NCBI GenBank assembly: GCA_030704615.1 | Contig: CM060731.1 | Span: 14,260,001-14,324,000, forward strand | Direction of reading: 5' to 3' | Length of the DNA stretch: 64,000 bases | Source: Takakia lepidozioides | Lineage: Eukaryota; Plantae; Bryophyta | Shown: piece after piece, positions 61,203 to 64,000 of the stretch | Position numbering within the stretch: the first letter of the stretch is position 1 | How the letters are laid out: each line of letters opens with the position of its first letter | The notes under the pieces: generated by a model | The model's database searches: none | The model's input: only the letters and a program-made list of their open reading frames with translations | Told to the model about the DNA's origin: nothing | Position numbers and translations under genes: made by a program

Positions 61203-64000
61203 AACTGGGGGAAGCCAGCCTGCAGAGGAAACAGTTGTTCTTGAAGACATGGACACTGTTGTGGACGCCAACTATGAAGCCAAGGTGCACTCTCTTATGT
61301 ACACCACCAAGGTGAACTCAAGGAAAGACATCAACTCCATGGAAGTGAAAGACGACACTCTTTTCATTCCTCTGTGTCAGATGATTTCTATGCCAGCAGT
61401 TCGGCCTGCCCTTCACCACGATATCAAGAAGCTGCAGGGGGATTTTATCCATGGGTACTTGAAGGGTTTGGCTGTGTTTTACGTGTCACTGACTGATATC
61501 CAGGGATCTGAGAAATTAGTAGACCTGGATGTAATGGACAGTTGGGACTCACTTTGGAAAGAAGTGAATACGGAGTTTGAGATTGAGCTTTCACAGAACC
61601 CAGCACACATCTAGTACATGAACAAATGTTTTTTGTCTGGGATAACAACCACCGTTTGGTGCCCTGGATGGAGTACATCAGCAGGATGTATGCGGAGAAC
61701 AAGAGAGTGCGACACTATCGGTTCAGTCAATGGTCCTCGATCCGGAGGGGAAGTTCTCGCAGCTTCTAACTGCAATGCACGATATCAACAAGTAAGAGTT
61801 TTGCCCACTTCTTGTCTCCCATTTCATTGTTATGTCAATCTTCAAACTCTGTCAACTGACATGTTCGCATTGCAGGGGGGCGGAGACATCCCATGTTACC
61901 ACCAACATAGTCCATTCCTTGTTTCGTATGCAAAGCATAGGAGTGATGCCATTGGAAACGTTCGCGAGTGTCTAGTTGTCCCCGGACACACTGAAGAAGT
62001 GCCAAACGATCAAGAAGACAAATACTTGGTACAACCTAACAAGGGAGGTGTTTCTTGACTACTTGTACGCAGTGAGTTTCTCTACGGACTGCCATTCTTC
62101 TTGAATTGTGGATATGTCATGTTTTTGCTTTGGTTTTGTTGTTCACGAGGGTTACATGGGTGTGTCACATCAAGAAATAGCAGAAGCGGGAGAACGAGCC
62201 AAGCTGGAGTATTATGCCACTACAGATGGGGATGAGAGAACGGCAAACGGGGTGGAGGCAAAAATGAAGGCGGACATGGATACCTACAGGAAGAACGTGA
62301 AGAGCGCGTTCGACAAACACATTCGAATCGCTGACCCCGGATTGGGAAAGGGGTTTCTGGAGCACGTTCGGATCCACTGGGACAAACCCACTAAGCCAGA
62401 GATGACACAAAAAAAGCTCCACCGCCTTTCCGTTTCCATGGTTGACCCTGCTCAAAAAGTGAGGTGGAAATCTGGAACTTGGATCCGATCATCCGGGATA
62501 CAAACAATTTCCCAAAACCAATGAAGGACGCTGAGACTGGGGTGGTGACACCTGTCAGCGACCGCGCATTTGATACTTGGTTGCACAAAACGACCTTCTG
62601 GAGCCAGGTGAGACTGTAAAAACATTCTCACTGTTCCAGCAATGAGTACATGGTTTCTTATGATGAATAACTAAACATTTGGCGAATGGTTGTGCAGCTG
62701 GAGAAGCGGGCAATTGATACTTTTGAGAAATCACTGCTGGACTATAAGATCACAATGACCACTCCGAGCATTAAGTTCCAGTCATACGTTCAGAAATGGA
62801 GAAGAGAGTTGTGGAAGTATGAATTTTTCCGTGAGTTCGAGAAGGAAAGGAGCATTCTCTGCTTGCAGGACTTCGACCATCAGTATAACGGGGAGCAGGC
62901 AATGAAACGAGTTCTGTACAGGTACTGCCTTTTATGGTGATGGTACTCCATTAAGATGTCGTTGACGACATCTTAAAACAAGCATTGTCTATGACGACAT
63001 CTTAAACAAGCATTGTCTATATTGCACATAGCAATTTTTTGGCACTAAACACAAAATTCCATGTATGAAGTGGGTCGATTTAAGGTGGCGTTGACGACAC
63101 CTTAAATCGGTGCCCTTTGGGCTCTTCAAAACTGGGTACACATGTGTTTCTTGTTCGTGTGCAGGTCTTCATTGTTTTGTTGTGCTTCCTGCAATTTAAG
63201 ATGTCATCAACAACATCTTAAAACAGGCATCATTTTCTAGTCCAGCAAGTCATTTTTCTTCAGACACAAAAAAAATACCATGTACGTAGTAGGGGTCGAT
63301 TTAAGATGGCGTTGACGACATCTTAATTGGCTGCTCTTTGGGCTCTCGGAAACAGTTCATGGCGGTTGACGACATCTTATTGGTGGCGGTTGACGACATC
63401 TTATTGGCTGCTTCTTTGGGCTCTCGGAAACAGTTCAGTTGAGCATGTCGGCTTTGTGTGGTTCTGTAGCTCTTCAATTTTTGTTCAAGTTCCCTGGAGT
63501 TTAGATGTCGTCAATGACATGTTAATGTACAGTCTGCAAATCTGCAGTCAACATGTAAGTTCTTGTGGTCTGTGGGAATATCTGCTCTTCAGGAGGAGGT
63601 ACACTTGTGTGGATGCAGGTACTTCACTTCGTTCTCTTCCAGATAAGGCTCTCAGTGAGATCCGGACTTCATTCGTGGATTGGGCGAACCCAGACGACGA
63701 CACCACTAGGTCACTACAGGAATTGTGAAGGAATGGGGTCAGGCTCATTACCGCGACTGGGGTGGTAACTTCGACTGCCCGCGGCAGTCCACTCCATGGG
63801 AGGAGAACGTCTTGAGGAATCAGAATGAGAATGCATATCCTTGGCACTCCGGACAGATGAGGATTTGTATGCTAGGTTCCTTTGCGCAACTGAGTAAGAA
63901 GGAGCCAGCAAAGACGGCCACCCCGCGGGTGGGAGAAGAAAAACAAAGGGAACCAGACTGCGGAGGTAGGTGGGTCTGCCGGTGCCGCGGCTGGCGTTGA
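59795..64000 (+). pseudogene. Decayed multi-exon transposon-associated gene with ParB/Srx-like motif
   Basis: Spliced coding blocks (e.g. 61164-61790, 61876-62071, 62698-62921) with VRPALHHDIKKL..F..GY....VFYVS and FFVWDNNHRL..W (DGNHR-like) at 61626-61667. Stops and frameshifts present. Runs off the window. Confidence 0.55.
60181..61128. repeat. Intronic ~80-bp tandem array (~13 units), each with a ~36-bp palindrome
   Basis: Unit = GCAGATTAAG(C/G/A)TGTCGT-NN-ACGACA(G/T)CTTAATCTGC plus a ~45-bp related linker (CATTCAACCCAAAACATGGGAAAAACACCCTACAACTACA). Lies between a GT donor at ~60133 and an AG acceptor at ~61163. Confidence 0.92.

Overview
Eukaryotic nuclear DNA from a land plant, most likely a non-seed plant such as a bryophyte or lycophyte (inferred from the TE families and PLS-PPR richness). 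Intact spliced genes: a phytol/farnesol kinase (VTE5/FOLK family), a very long tRNase Z(L), a PLS-class PPR-DYW editing factor whose spliced N-terminus carries an OSB-type PDF ssDNA-binding motif, and peroxisomal hydroxypyruvate reductase (HPR1). There is also an intronless geranylgeranyl reductase (CHLP) and a candidate 3-exon small secreted peptide precursor that the ORF track shows only in fragments. Pseudogenes: an SDR, several PPR/DYW fragments and an RPL36a exon fragment. TEs with visible TSDs/TIRs: an internally deleted Copia, a 6.5-kb Pack-MULE carrying chimeric PPR fragments, several hAT MITEs, a Tourist/PIF MITE, a piggyBac-type (TTAA) MITE, tRNA-SINEs and a truncated LINE. The right end holds a large decayed DNA-transposon-like region: a CACTA end, a transposase-like fragment, and a spliced ORF with a ParB/Srx-like motif whose introns contain an array of ~36-bp palindromes with flipping loops. 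Exon boundaries were read by eye and family assignments come from motif recall, not database searches.
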